A stretch of 64,000 nt of DNA from Lepidodermella squamata (lineage: Eukaryota; Animalia; Gastrotricha). Numbering within the stretch: position 1 is the stretch's first letter; each line of letters starts with the position of its first letter. Position numbers and translations under genes: made by a program. Below, in pieces: positions 46,801 to 60,287 of the stretch. Where the stretch lies: positions 868,001 to 932,000 of the forward strand of contig JBLDXI010000015.1 of assembly GCA_047495785.1 (NCBI GenBank), in the 5' to 3' direction. The notes under the pieces are model-generated. The model ran no database searches and was not told where the DNA came from. It saw only the letters and a program-made list of their open reading frames with translations.

Positions 46801-48608
46801 AAACTGCGCGTCTAGATAGTTAATTTTGCTAGATAGAAAGCGCGCGCGGCTTCGTTTTGTGCAATAAAAGCAATAAACATAAATATTGGCAGGCCAGTAG
46901 TCGTAATTAAGCGTCTTTAAAGGTGTAACGGTTACGTGCCGGCGCGTAATGATACCTAACTACGTGATTCGCATTTGTATGCGCGTTCGACGCCCTCTTT
47001 GTGTTGTCTTGCCGACCATCATCGCCGCCGCCGCGTGCGCGCTCACCTCCCCGCGGGATTCAACGGCTATTTTCGCAGAAAATCGCCCGAATATTTCTCT
47101 ACTCGTCGAGAAAATTGTCAAAAATTGCGAATATTTATTCCAATTTTTCATAATTTTATTAAAAATTCGGAGCATATTTTCTTCTGAAATAGGTCGTCGT
47201 TATGTCAGTGATAATCGGGCCAAAATGTGTCGCAGCGCTCCTCATATAATTAGTGGTAAAATGCGTTATGACCCAGACTGTGTGACCTATATTTGGCGAT
47301 AAAAATTGAAAAATGAAGTAGCGGCTCTTGGTTTTGCTCGTTGCGTTTGCAAGTGGGCATTTCCGCTGCCTTTTTATACCTACCACACGCGCTTTGTTTC
47401 GAAGATAAATCCCGCATCATCTTCATTCCTCGAGCGCTGGCTAGCGTTGACACTAAGCTGAAATTGATCGCGCGGCGCCTTTTGACGCCACAAGAACCAC
47501 ACCGGCGTTAAAGCCGCTCCGGGCGTTACCTGCCCGCGCCAAAGTGGCACTACCGGTCTGTCCTACCTGCGATATTGCGCGATCCACCTTAATGCATAGA
47601 CAATAGGCGGATTATTTTCCAAACTCAAGTCGAGTACCACCTAACAACACAGGTAATACAACGCATGCGCCGCTCATCGAGCCGGGTGTTGCGAAAATTT
47701 GCATCGATTCGAACCGGTATCCACCAACCAGTATAGCTGGTTCATTTCACTGACCCGCTGCGTTTTTAGACTGTGTTTATTTTTGTAACGAATAAACTAT
47801 CGGTGCATATTTTTGAAAAAATCAAGCATTAAAAATTAATTAAAAAGTCCTCCTTAAATTTGTTAGCTAACCGATTTTTTCCGCGTGACGCGTATTTTTA
47901 TATATAGGTATTTTTCACACGTTTTGTTCTGTTGTTGCTGGGTTGAATGATAGGTAGTAGTAGTACCTCGAGCCACTGACTGCTGCTGATGTAAATTTCG
48001 AAAATTATTATTACAGCTACTTAGCACATAGAGCGCGCGCGATAAATAATAAGCGCTTCCGCAATGTTATGATGCGCAAGTTTTTCCCATCGGGCACTAA
48101 CAACCAACAACAGCGAGAATCCGCATAAACACGAGTCATGATATCGTAAATAATTCAGAACGCAATGATTTTTCGTGAAATGATTTTAATCGCTTCCGTC
48201 ACGCTCGCAACTCGTCGCGTGTTGTCACAGATAAAGTCTGAGGATAAAGTCAACTGTCGACGCCAATTGTCACTTGGTGCTAGTCGCAGTCGCAATCTCA
48301 ATGATTATGCAACCAGCGCGATTTTTATTATCCCGTGCCACTTCAAGTCGCCCACTTTCAAATATTTACTTCTTGGCTGAGCAAATAAAACGATAACGCG
48401 ATTATTGAAATTAGTTCGTCGATACTATAATACTCTACCAATATACTACGACTATCCCTGAACAGGAAAAGGCGCGATATGAAACTAGTTTCCTCCCATT
48501 AGTATCAATTCTCTAGTAGTATAGGAAGTCTTCGCTTATTTACTTTACGAATTTGCCTATATAATTTCGATTCAGTAGATTTTTATTTCGATTTTTATTT
48601 AAATAACT

Positions 48609-51600
48609 ATGGGCAACAAGCATTCGTTGACTGGCGATGAAATGTACCAGCCGCGATCACCGCCTCGCCACCCGCGACTTTCGAAGAACAAATCACTATC
48701 AGCGTTAACGTCACTGGCCAAAAATCGATTGAATTCCGGCGCGTCGAATCAACAACGCCGAGCTCCGTCTTCGGCCAAGCTCGAGCGAACCAGCCGTTTT
48801 TCCCGGTTTGTTATTCAATTTTTTAACTACTACGACGAGTATCAAATTTCGTTGCCAAAAATCGGTTTATCGTCATCTTCGTCGTCGTAGTAAATTAATT
48901 ATACTGGACACGGCTGAGAATTGCATTATTATTATTTTTCGCTTCATGATAATGATTGTTTTATCGGTCTTCTTCATCCTGGTAGAGTTATATTGTTGCG
49001 TCTTCGTCTATTAGTCGCGCGCGCTCAGATCAGCAATCGATTGTAAGCAGCGGAAAAGCCGCGTTGTTTTTGCGGCTGCAATTTCGTTCTTCGTCATCGT
49101 CGTCGTCGTCGTTGTCTTGTTCGAAAATTCTACTGATAATAAATGCATCTCGGCGGACTGTCGGCTTATCCCTGTGGCCGGCCTGCCATAAAACGCGCGC
49201 GCGGTCTCTACTAATAAAGCCCGGGCACGACCCCGGCATCGCGCGCTGGTTTTCGTTTCATTACAACAGTAGCTGCGCTGGGTTTTTTTCAATTATCAAG
49301 TTGAGCATGCAAATTTTTCACACCAGCAGTCTTCTTCTTCTTCTTATTCTGCTTAGTTTTATGCGCGCTCGTTTTAATTTTCGAAGTTCCCAGCAGCCCT
49401 CGAGTCGGTGCATCTGGCAGTGGGATCTGTCAGCTTTCGTAGGTATGCGCGATAGGGACATAGTTACGCACAACAACCGGTAGCGCGAATTAGCCCTCTC
49501 AACATCTACAACTACCTGAAACGCACCGCCATTTGTTAAATCTAGCTAAACATAGAAAACCTTGACATTTCAAGCGCGCTGAGAATTTGTCCCATGTAGT
49601 CCGATTTTACATTGATTTTACATGAAAGATGATTTTAGCCTGTCTCTGTGTGTCTTCCGTTTCGTCTCAAATTTAGCTGGGCATAATTTCGGAAATGAAT
49701 TTTACTTTTGTTTATCAAGTTTTTGACCATCAAGTAGAAATTAACGTCTGTAATTTTGCGCGTTTTTATTGCAAAACGATTTAAAAATTGCCGTTTACAA
49801 AATTTTAAGGTGGAATTGTTATTTTCTGATTATTTTTTTAAAGCTGATCACGAATTTTAATTAATGATGACCTCGCACTAATTTCGGTCTCTCCTAATGC
49901 GTTAATTAGCCATTTATTAGCACAACCTGAACGACCTCTGTTTCGCGTTTTAACACCATCGACTTGCCCTTGCCGCATCTCTGCCCCTCTCGCATTTTTA
50001 ATTCAAACCGTGCGCGCATGCTGAGAATTATTGCCTATCCTCGTGCCTAGAACGCGTATTCAGTCTCGCGCGATCAGGAATTCGGCATCCGGTAGTGCGA
50101 ACAAGGTGCCAATCACCTGCCGACAGGCATGCATGCACTGTTTATTTACATTATATCAAACACTGAACCTGGTTTTGATGATGATGGACGGACGGCTTCT
50201 CTAACAAAAACATTTCTTCGTTACTAGGAGTGTTACCTCAGGCGCGATCAACGGCCATTTAGTACCGCTGAACAACTCGCAAGAAAATCTACCTGTAATC
50301 GACACAAAGAAGCACCAGCACCAGCAAGCGGCTATTGTCTCGTCTATTAATTCGTCAAATGCCGATTTGTCGTCGGCCTTGTTGGACTCTGATTACTTTG
50401 CGTCGCGTGCCTCGATTCGCCGATTAGCCGAAAGACGCGCGCACCCGGCGATGGGTACTCAGCTCAAATCATCGACCGCGCTCTTTGCGACGTGCGCACC
50501 ACCCGCGCCTGGTGTCTTAGCCGACACCGAAGCCGACGTTGACGTCAAGAGCGCACCCCTAGCTAATGCGCTTGAAGCGACGCTGTCAAGCTGCTCGTCC
50601 GCCTCTGAGCCTGATACATCGTTTGAAATCACGTCGCCGCTTGCCGACCAGGGCATCGCCTCACTTACTAATCCCGCACCTGGTTCTGCTGGTGGTAACA
50701 ACCTGGCCGAACACAGCCTCGCCTGGTCAGTCGATAATTCTAGCTCGATACTAATCACTAGTAATCAGAAGCAGCAAGATATGGTAACTACTAAGCCAGC
50801 CTCGATCTGCTCGTCGTCGTCCTCGTCGTCGTCTTCGACCTCGGGCAACGCCTCGCCCGCCTCGTCCATCATGACCTCGGCGCCCGAGTTCGGCGCCGCT
50901 GTGCTCGAGCGCATGCTCGCCTCCCTCGCCACCACCCCGTCGACCGAGTCCGTGCAACTGCCGCTGCCTGGCTGCCACGCTGGCAACTCGGACGATGAAG
51001 ACGTCGCGCTGCATCCGGTTAACAAAAACAACCAAGTACCTTGGGACACGTTCTACACGACCTGCCCGTGGTCGTACGACACATCGAAGGACGCGCCCGC
51101 CTCGAACTCGTCCAACTCAGCCACCCTCGCCCGGCCCGAGTCGATCGAATCCGGCCAGGTTACGCCGCAAGCGCCTGTCCAGCCTGCCCCGGTTGCTCAA
51201 GTTTCGAACTTGACGGTGCAAACCCAGCAGAACCCGCGCGAGTCGAATCGCAACTCGTGTGGTGCCGATTCTGGCCTGGGCGGCGATTTGGCGGCTTTCA
51301 TTCACTCATCACCTGAACAATCGCTTCCAGGTTAGTAGACAATTTTTTTAATTTTTTTTTTAGAATTTTTTAGAAACATTTTAATATTTTTCGCTTAAAA
51401 AAATTCAATTAAAAAATTCAATCAGTTTTTAATTTTTTAATTTTCAAAATTTAAATTTGGATTTTTCTGGTTTTCTGGATTAGATTTTTTGACGCACCAA
51501 TTTTGTTTTCTTATAATTATATTTTTGTTCTTTCTCTTATTTAGTTGTCATTGACCATGAAGAACCGGCGACGCCTCAAATGGCGCGGTCTTCAATCGCC

Positions 51601-54600
51601 ACTCAACCGCCTGTTATTTCAACCTCATCACAGCAACAACCTCGCCTCGTGCCTCGCACCGTCATCACATCGACCTCGTCCAACTCCGGCTCATCGTCGG
51701 CCGGTTCGACCAACTCCGACCGCTGCGACCTGCTCGACGACATGGTGTCGTACACGGTCGGCGAGCCTGGCGCCCCCAGTGTCTCCGAATCGCTCATGAC
51801 GCACGCCGACGACGTCGCCGTCGTCGAACACGGCGCGACGACGAAACGCACCGGCTGGCTCAACGTTAAAAACTACATGGTGCGGCGGCGCGACCGCCTT
51901 GAACTCGCCACGCGCCGTCGCTGGACGCGCTACTGGACGTGTCTGAAGTCGAGCGTGCTGCTGCTCTACTCACCGCCTGATTCAACAAACGGCCAAGATG
52001 GTGAAAATCAGAAGTCGCATGCTAACGGCTCTGTCAACGCCAAGCATTTTATTGGTAATTTTTCTGAATTTTTAATTAAGGTGGATTTTTTATTTTTCGT
52101 TATTTTCTAGTTATCGAAGAAGTTTTGTGCCAACCGTTGCCTGAGCACCCGAAGCGCGACAACTGCTTCTCGCTGTCGACAACGTCCGGCGATGTTTTCC
52201 TGCTTCAAGCTGACTCGCTGGCGGAGCGCGACGCCTGGATCGCGTCGATCCACGCCGCCTGCGCCCTCGCCCTCACCTCGCAGCCGACCGTGCCCGCTGC
52301 CATGCGTGTCCTCCGCACCGAGGTCGGCCGCCTCGACCAGGCCGTCACCCACCAGCAACGCGCCCTCGACGCGAAGCAGGACGGTTTCCTCGGCTCGTCG
52401 ATGAACTCGGCCATCTCCGAATGGGAATCGCTTCTCCTCACCTCGTTCGTCCTTCGCACCTACCTCGCCTCGCTGCAAAGCGCCGAGCTGCCGAACCCGA
52501 AGACCCTACTCGCGCAGATCTCGTCACAAACCAAGGCCGTTCTCCGCAAAATCGGCGCTTTCACCGTCTCAGCACTACACGCCATCGTCTCCGTTCGTGG
52601 CCTCATCAAGTCAGAAGACGTATTGAACAAGGCCGTCGAGCAGCCGCCGGCGCCTGACTCAACTGAGAAGAACCAGCAGTTGGCTCGGACGCTGCTTCAC
52701 ACGCCTGATTCGTTGGAGATTGGCAATGCGAATGGCCAGCAAATGTCATGCCGAATTCCGGTGCGTCTGCCCAACGGCGCGACGGTGTTGTTCGAATGGC
52801 CGCCGGTTCAGTCGCAATTCAGCCAGTCAAACTCGCTCGCCCCTGTCACCCCGACGCCGAAGTCGATGCCCGGCACCGGCGTGACCCACACGAAAGCCGG
52901 CGTTGTGTTGAAGCACGTCTGCGCGACAGTGACCGCCCCGCCGCTGTCTGCGCCTGATCACTTTTTGCTGGCGCGATTCAAGGGCGAGGAAGAGCTGCGA
53001 ATTGTCGAGCGAAACGAGGTGCTACTGCTGAACGTTGTCGATGCGCTTTTCATTGAAGCGCGGTCGGTGGTGCGAATTGACCTGACGAGGTCGTCGCCGC
53101 ACGAGCCGTTCGGTGTCGAGGTCGAAGCTGAGCTGGACGGCGACGGCGTCGAACAGCCGGCTGATGAGCTGATGCGTGTTTTCGTCAGCCGCGTTGATGC
53201 TGATGCTCGCGGCGCTGCTGCTGGTTTGTTTTGTTTTATTATTATTACGACTCTACTATTTTACACGAGTTGCTGTTTGAAAACGCGACGAACGCACATT
53301 TTTGCGTTTTAGAGTGGCGCGTGCTTTCTCACGAGAATGCTATAGCGCGTAATAAAAACTTTTTTCGGCATAAATTTAGCTCGAGCGGCTTATTAAGGCT
53401 GTCATTTAGTAAGTGCTGTAATATCATGGCGCAGGAAAGACGCTGTAGCCGAGATTTCTCAAGTGTTTGTTTTCTACGTTATTATCATCTTCTGTTTTAT
53501 TATTTTAACATTATCTTTGTTTACATCATGTGAGTTGATTATTTTTCATATGTTCTTCTCGCTCAGGTATCTGCGTCGGCGACGAAATTCTTGTCATCAA
53601 CAACCGGCTGGTCGCCACCATGGACATGGCGTCGATCGAGCAGATCCTCGAGTCGTCGCTCACCTGCGTCCGGCTGACGATGCGCGTCGCCCGGCGTCGC
53701 CATCTCGTCGAGCAAGACGAACAAGGTAATAATTCTTATTTTTTCCTCTCATCATCATCCCCAGAGCCAGTGCGAGATTTTTTAGGTATTATTTACCCCA
53801 TGCGTATGTGTGCAAGGCGCGCGCGTTCGCCTGTTATTATTATTTGTTTATCATTAACGGCCCATCGGCCGGCTGCTGCGCTTTTTTGTAGTACGTGCCC
53901 GCCGCTGCCTGGCCTCTGGTCTTTCGCCCGAAAGGCGCGGCCGTATTTTTATTACACGGCGGAACAGCACTCAATCGGCGCCTTTTGCAGCGTATTATTT
54001 ACACACCATTGCTGTAGTGGTACTACGACTGCTACCAGTAGTTGAACGCGCCTTGATCTAACATTATTATTATTATTGTAAGGAATAGCTCCTTGATGAT
54101 GATGATGATAGCTTGAAGGGAAGTCGGACAATTTCTCGCAACTCCCAGTTGTTGTTTGTTGTTTTCGCGCGCTGTTCTTCTTCTCGTTCGCCTTCCTCCT
54201 CTCTCGAGCAGGGGGTGTGGTTTTGTTGTGTACACATCTTCGTCATCATCATCATCATCATCATCGCGGGTGTTATTTACTCGCGCTTTTTGCTTCATTC
54301 TCACCTCGCGATGTCTTTTTGTTTTTCTGGCTAATTAATTTTAAGGAGGAATTTTTTTAGGCGTGACGTGATTTTTAAGCGCGTGTGTTATTTTATTCTT
54401 TACTTTCTTTACGATGAATTATTTATGCGAGGGTCGTGGCTTAATCTCAGCTAGCAAAATGACGGCAACTAAGATACATAGATGCAATAATTAATTTATA
54501 GGATGAAAGAAAAAGGCCGTAGTAAAAAGTATAAGCTAAATAAAATACGCAAAACGCAGGAAGAAGCGTGATGCTTTGTACTCGAGGGATACGACTTTTC

Positions 54601-57567
54601 TCCTTCATCTCCCTCTCGTCGTCGCCTTCTTCTTGTCTTCGCGTGCACTTTTCCGCTGCTGTTGCGACGTTTTATTGCGGTCGTCGGTTGCGGTCTCAAA
54701 TGACAAAAACCTGATGATGAGGAGTGTGTGTGCGCGCAATCTCAGGCTTGGCTTCTCGCAGCGCGCCAAGTAAATGCAATTTCAGCGAAGGCGGAAATGA
54801 GAAAACTCAGCAGCAGCAGCAATAGCGATGTAAACATGGCGAATAGAACGTCGATCTTCGCGCGCCAATTATTTATTTATTTATTTACAGCAGTAAAATT
54901 GCTATTTTTAAAATCATTGTCGCTCTCGTTTTATTTCGATAGCGTCACATCGTAGTTGCTTGCAGTTGTAATTAAGTACGTCGCGTTTTGCGTTTCTTCG
55001 GAACAAGTAGCCGATTTTTTTGCCTTGCCGTTTCGCCTTAAGGCGATGAAAATTTTAATTGCTCGCTCGCGCTGACCTAAATTAACGCGGCTGTTTCTTA
55101 TTATTACTAGTTGGGCGCTCGTTTGAACTTCCTCATTTCCTCGCCTCTAATAGTAGTTGTAGTCGAGTACTACTACAAAGATCGGCGAGCTGAAAACATC
55201 TGTTCTGTCCGGCATAATAAATAAAATGTTCTTATTTCCTTCTAGGTCCGCAGCAGCAGCATCAACAACAAGTTTATGACCAACAAGTTATTACTTCAAC
55301 ACACAAACAGCCGCCGACTATTACTGTTGAGCAGCAACAGACTATGAAGGTTTGTTGTTTTTTCATTCAATTTCTTCAGCGACTGATATTTAATAGATTT
55401 TAAAGAATTTTAGGAAAATTGAAAAATCCAGCTTAATAATTCTTAATTTCTTTATTTTCTTTAGAATAAAGAAGAAATTCGTCCGACGGCGAACGGCCAG
55501 CGAAAAGCGTCGCTGACTGACACGCAGAAGCTGTACCGCGCATTCCGCGAGCTCATCGAGACCGAGTACGCGTACATGCGCGATGTGCGGCACCTGCTCG
55601 ACGTTTACTTGGCGCCTCTTCGCGACCTCGTTTTCCCGCACGACGACAACTTCGCCGCGCTGTACGACGCCGCCGCCGACGTCTACGCCTTCCAGTGCAC
55701 ATTCGCCGCGTCGCTAGACGACGCCTTCCACCTGCTGCCGTCGTTCCGCGGCCACCACCAAGCCGCTGATTTGCTGCTTCAAGCCGGCGACTTCCGCAAA
55801 CCGCTCATCGCCCTGTCGACTGTTTTCCGGTCCTACGCCTCGAAATTCAAGTTGTACTCGTCGTTTTCAGTGCGGCACTCGAAGTGCCTGCAAATCATCG
55901 GCGATGAATCGGTTGTTTCAGCCAACATCGCGTATCAGCAGTTGATTCAATCGGCCAACCCGAGCCAGCAACACTCGGCGACCCTCGAGTCGTACTTAAT
56001 CAAGCCGATTCAACGCATTCTCCGCTACCCGTTGATTCTCGACCAATTGCGGCAACTCAGCGCTGCGTCTTTCGTCAACGACGACACGTCGAGCCCGGCG
56101 CCGGCCCTGGCCGAGGCGTCTCGCATCATGGCGATGGTCGCCGAGCACGTGAATGAGCTGCAGAAGATTTTCGACGAATTCGGCGCCATGTTCGACAACG
56201 TCGTCACCGACTACCGCCAGGCATTCCCGTCTGTTCCGCTGATTTTCGGCGCGAATGCGAACCAGCGGGCCGAGCTCAACATCGCCGATCTCGAAATGTA
56301 CGGCCATGTCGACTGGCTCGAAAGCCCGGTTAAGGCGTCGCGGAAGAATCGTGAGCTCTACGCGATTTGCTTCGTCTTCACCGAGGCCCTGGTCATCGTT
56401 TGCAAGGAACGCGTTAAGAAGTCGCATCAAAGCCAGAAATTTTCGAAAAAGTCATCGCCTGAAACACCGAAAGACCAGGAGGAAATTATTCACTACCAAC
56501 GGCTGTTGCCGCTCGTCGATGTTTCCCTCCGCGTTCCGCCGCCGACTGACGCTGAGTCGGCGAAAACCTGGCAAATCGTCTACCGAATTCCGACCTCGCG
56601 AGTTTCGTCGCCGTCTGGCGATGACTCATCATCGGCCGAGGTCGTCTTCACCTTCGCGAATTCGTCGTTTGAGAACAAGCAGGAATTTGTTACGACCATC
56701 TCGCAGCTAATTCGTCAATTGCGCTTCAACCCGCCTGTTGAAACGACGCGGAGGAAGCAGCAGCAGCAACAACAGCAACAAGCGGCGGCGAAAAGCCGGT
56801 CTCGTTCTGTCGGCCGGTTGCAGCAGCAGACGAAAATTTCGCATAATTTGTGCGAGGAAGTCTACGATTTGCAGCCGGTTTCTCGCGCCAACCAAGCTCC
56901 GCCCCTTCCGCCGCGCCACCACAACCACCACCAGCTGATCGTGCCTCGTGGCGACGGTTCAACATCGTCCGGCGGCCAGTCCGACTCGCTGAATTCGTCG
57001 ATCGCGTCGATTAACAACCAGCAGCAGCACAAATTGCAGCATCAACACGTGCGAGTTGCTGTTCCGCCGACCCAGCAGCAGCAGCAGCAATCAGCGGCTG
57101 CGAAGTTGATGTTCATGTCGCCGGCTGGTTCGTCGTCGTCCGGCCAGTCGGGCCCGCGCAAGAACTCGTCGTCGCTTGAGCCGTCGTCGTCGCCGGTGTG
57201 GAAGCCGCGTGGTCTGCCGGCCTCGACCGAAGTGAAAACGGCGGTGGTCAACAAATCAGCGGCGGCCGTCGCCCGGTCGAAATCGCCTGCGAATGAACGG
57301 CTGTACTGGCACGATTCTGAGGTCACGTTCTACAACAGCAAAAATGCGGCTTCTTTGCAGCAGCAGCAAAATAATTTTATTGCACCTCAACAACGCGCCG
57401 TGCCGCAATTGCGGACGCAAATGACCTCGGCTGTTTTGCATCAACACTCGCACCAGCAATTAAATGTCGGTCAAACGACGTCGTCGCGGCGTGCTAACAG
57501 CGGCTGGTTCTCCGATTGCGAATGCAACGCCCTGCTCGGCGGTTTCGATTCGTCAAACGTCGTGTAA
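48609..57567 (+). CDS. TIAM1/sif: Tiam1/still life-type Rac GEF, ~1762 aa (exons 48609-48805, 50228-51330, 51545-52054, 52111-53223, 53567-53725, 55246-55349, 55465-57567)
   Basis: MGNKHS myristoylation-type start; PH (GWLNVKN...RRRWTRYW...PEHPKRD), CC-Ex (YLASLQSAELPNPKTLL), RBD-like, PDZ (GICVGDEILVIN), DH (RELIETEYAY...LESYLIKPIQRILRYPL), second PH; Gln/Ser-rich tail. Confidence 0.92.
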
Positions 57568-58014
57568 TCTCTTCTTCTCGCTCTTCTTCTTCAACAATAA
57601 TTGTGCATCATTTTTGTATAAAAGATTTTTGACTCTGTGTAAAATTGATTGTTTTTTTCGTTGTTTGAGAAAACTACCAACGATTAAAAAATCCACCTTA
57701 AACATTTTAGACAACATTTTTCTCTCTTGCTCTCTTCTGCTGTTTTTCTAAAAATAACGTAGTGTAATAATTTGTTTTTATTGAGCTTGTAAACATTGTT
57801 TGATCAGCTTTCTGAAGAAAGGAGAAAAACAAAGAAAAAATGGAAATCGCTTGATATACAGATTATTCTATTATTATTATTGATTATTAATATTACTATT
57901 ATTGGCGACGATGTGATCGCATCAGCTATTTGAATGAAAGATTTTGCTACATGAAAAACTGAGAAACTTTACAATAAAGCATTTTCGCTTTGTTCTAAAC
58001 GATGAGTGTCTTTT

Positions 58015-58670
58015 TCAATTGAATCGGTGATCCGGGTAGAATTTCGCCAGGATTTTGATGGACAGGATAGCGAATCCGATGACGATGCCGAAAATGAACA
58101 GAAACGACGCGATGATCAAGCAGCAGTCCTTGTACCATGAAATTGCCTTCGAAGATGAAGAATCAGCAGCCTGCATAAATAGCTTTTAGTTGCATCCGAA
58201 AAAGTTGTTTGGTGCTACCCGGAAAATGCGCATATTTGATCCGAAGCACAGGTTGCATTAAGGTGGCACATTTTATCGACACATTGCTGTGAAAATAAAT
58301 TTGCAATAAAACGCAAGCTTTATATCAGGAAGAAATATTAGATTATGTACCCAAGGTCTGAAAAATTTGAAAATTCCCAATGGTCTTTTGAAATAAATCA
58401 AATATTTAAATATTTAAATTCTTAAATTCTTAAATATTTAAATTAATTTGAAATATTTAAATATTTGATTTATTTCAAAAGACCATTGGGAATTTTCAAA
58501 TTTTTCAAATTAATGCTCGATCGTTAAATGCAAAAGCAAATTAAAACAAAAAAATCAGCAAATTGGTGATAAATTTTTAAATTTTTAAAAAATTTTTAAC
58601 TGAGAAAACGACATGTTGTTAAATTTACAACTTGAATTTCGTTTCAAATATTTTACCTGTTATTTTCCAT
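58015..58670 (-). CDS. Small single-pass membrane ORF A (last exon 58170-58015; upstream exons uncertain)
   Basis: WYKDCCLIIASFLFIFGIVIGFAILSIKIL is paralogous to ORF B. Candidate exons 58670-58657 and 58286-58219 join it one base out of frame. Confidence 0.45.
58359..58507. repeat. Perfect 57-bp inverted repeat with 35-nt loop
   Basis: 58359-58415 is the exact reverse complement of 58451-58507. Confidence 0.9.
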
Positions 58671-58688
58671 TTTTTCCACTATTACGTA

Positions 58689-59718
58689 TCACGTTGCGCA
58701 CAAGCTGCTGATCGCGAAATAGTCGCCCTGATCGACCTGAACGCTGACCAGGTGCGTTTGCTTCGCCTTCAGATACAGCCACATGGCGTAAGAGGCGGCT
58801 GAAATGAGGCCCAAAATCAGCGTAAAATTGCCGAGGATGAGCAGGCAGTCGTGGCGCCAAGATGCGTGATATTGCTCGAGATGATTGGGGACGATTATAC
58901 TCGGCCTACTGGACACGGCACTCTGGCGAAATCTCGACTCAACTTCAGCTACAACAAGATCTGCAAATAACATCCCGAAATTAGGATTTTTCCATAATTT
59001 TGGTTCATTTAAAAACGGGTGGCATAAAATAATAATCTAGCCAAAAAGAATTGCCATACTAAATTTTAGGCTTCATCACTCAATTTCTCCCTGATATATG
59101 GTTTTGGGTTTCTAGTTAGCCTTTGGACCTTTGGACCTCTATCAATAATCGCATGCCTAACCGATAGATCTCACTAGCAGGTCGATTTACGATTTAAAAT
59201 TTGGCATTGAGAGCCGATCGAACTATCGATTTAAAAATCAGTGATTTTTCTGATTTTAGCAGTCTTGAAAGCCAAATTTTTATATTGATACAAGTACCTC
59301 AGGGTATCGGACTGCTGTAAAGAAATATTCAACAATTATAGGATGCCTCATCAACGATCGAGTTGGAAAAATTCGAAATCGTAAACAAATCGCAAAAATT
59401 TATAATCGAATAATATTCGCAAGACGCACAAATCCAATTTTTGTCCCAACTTTAAAAAACGAGACGCAAATATTCCGTAGAAATCTATTAGCTAAAAAAT
59501 AAGTAACCTGAAATTGGTTCATCCTCGATGAGCTCATCATTAGCCATGGCTTCGTAATTACGTCTTGGTACCTGGGTATCATTAAATCAAATAAATTTCT
59601 CTGAAAAATGGCGAAAATTTCAAAATATTACCCTCATGTATCGCAGCGGTATCGAAACTTTCAGCCGATTTATTGCGAGCGATCTTGGCCTCCGCGCAAC
59701 TGCTAATCGCTGACCCAT
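58689..59718 (-). CDS. Small single-pass membrane protein B, ~140 aa (exons 59718-59632, 59571-59508, 58960-58689)
   Basis: GT-AG splicing gives MGQRLAVARR...DELIEDEPISDLVV...WRHDCLLILGNFTLILGLISAASYAMWLYLK. Confidence 0.55.
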
Positions 59719-60287
59719 AATTATAATATCGATTTTATTCGAGGAATTATTCTATTATTTTATTCTTTGTACATCGCAGGGCTAAAATATCTGAAATCGA
59801 GCTATACTAACTATATGCATCTCATTTTGAAGAGGTTTTTGATTATCAGTTCTTGGTTATTTATTTCCGTTGTTTTATATTATTATAATAAGAGCTGGAA
59901 AATTACGGCAACACATCACCGCCGTGTGATAACGATCGCTAATTATGCGCCATTTTTCTTATACAGAGAGTTTTGTTTATTATTAACCGTGGCGTGGCAT
60001 ATGTTCATCGGTGGTCTGTAAAAAAGACCGAGGCGAATAATCGAGAGGTAGCTCAGCGGCGGCGAATGAGCGGTGCCGATAAGAATAGCCCAGAAGTAAC
60101 CATCTGTTGCGAAAAATAAAAATGTTTTGTTTTTGCATTTTAGATTTTTTCTTGTCTCAGTTGCGGATCATCACTCGAAAAATCAAAAAAAAATGCAAGT
60201 TATTGATAGTGATTAGCATAATTAATTTTTAAACATCAAAAAACAGAAAAGCAGTTTAGCGAAGAAAATTCGCAAAACCCGATAGTG

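Noticed and set aside
50459-57459. Many overlapping ORFs and CAG/TCG runs within the Tiam gene
   Set aside because: Alternative-frame artefacts of GC-rich, Ser/Gln-rich coding sequence.
59935-60103. Exon-like minus-strand segment after a strong acceptor
   Set aside because: Reading frame ambiguous and no upstream exon could be linked.
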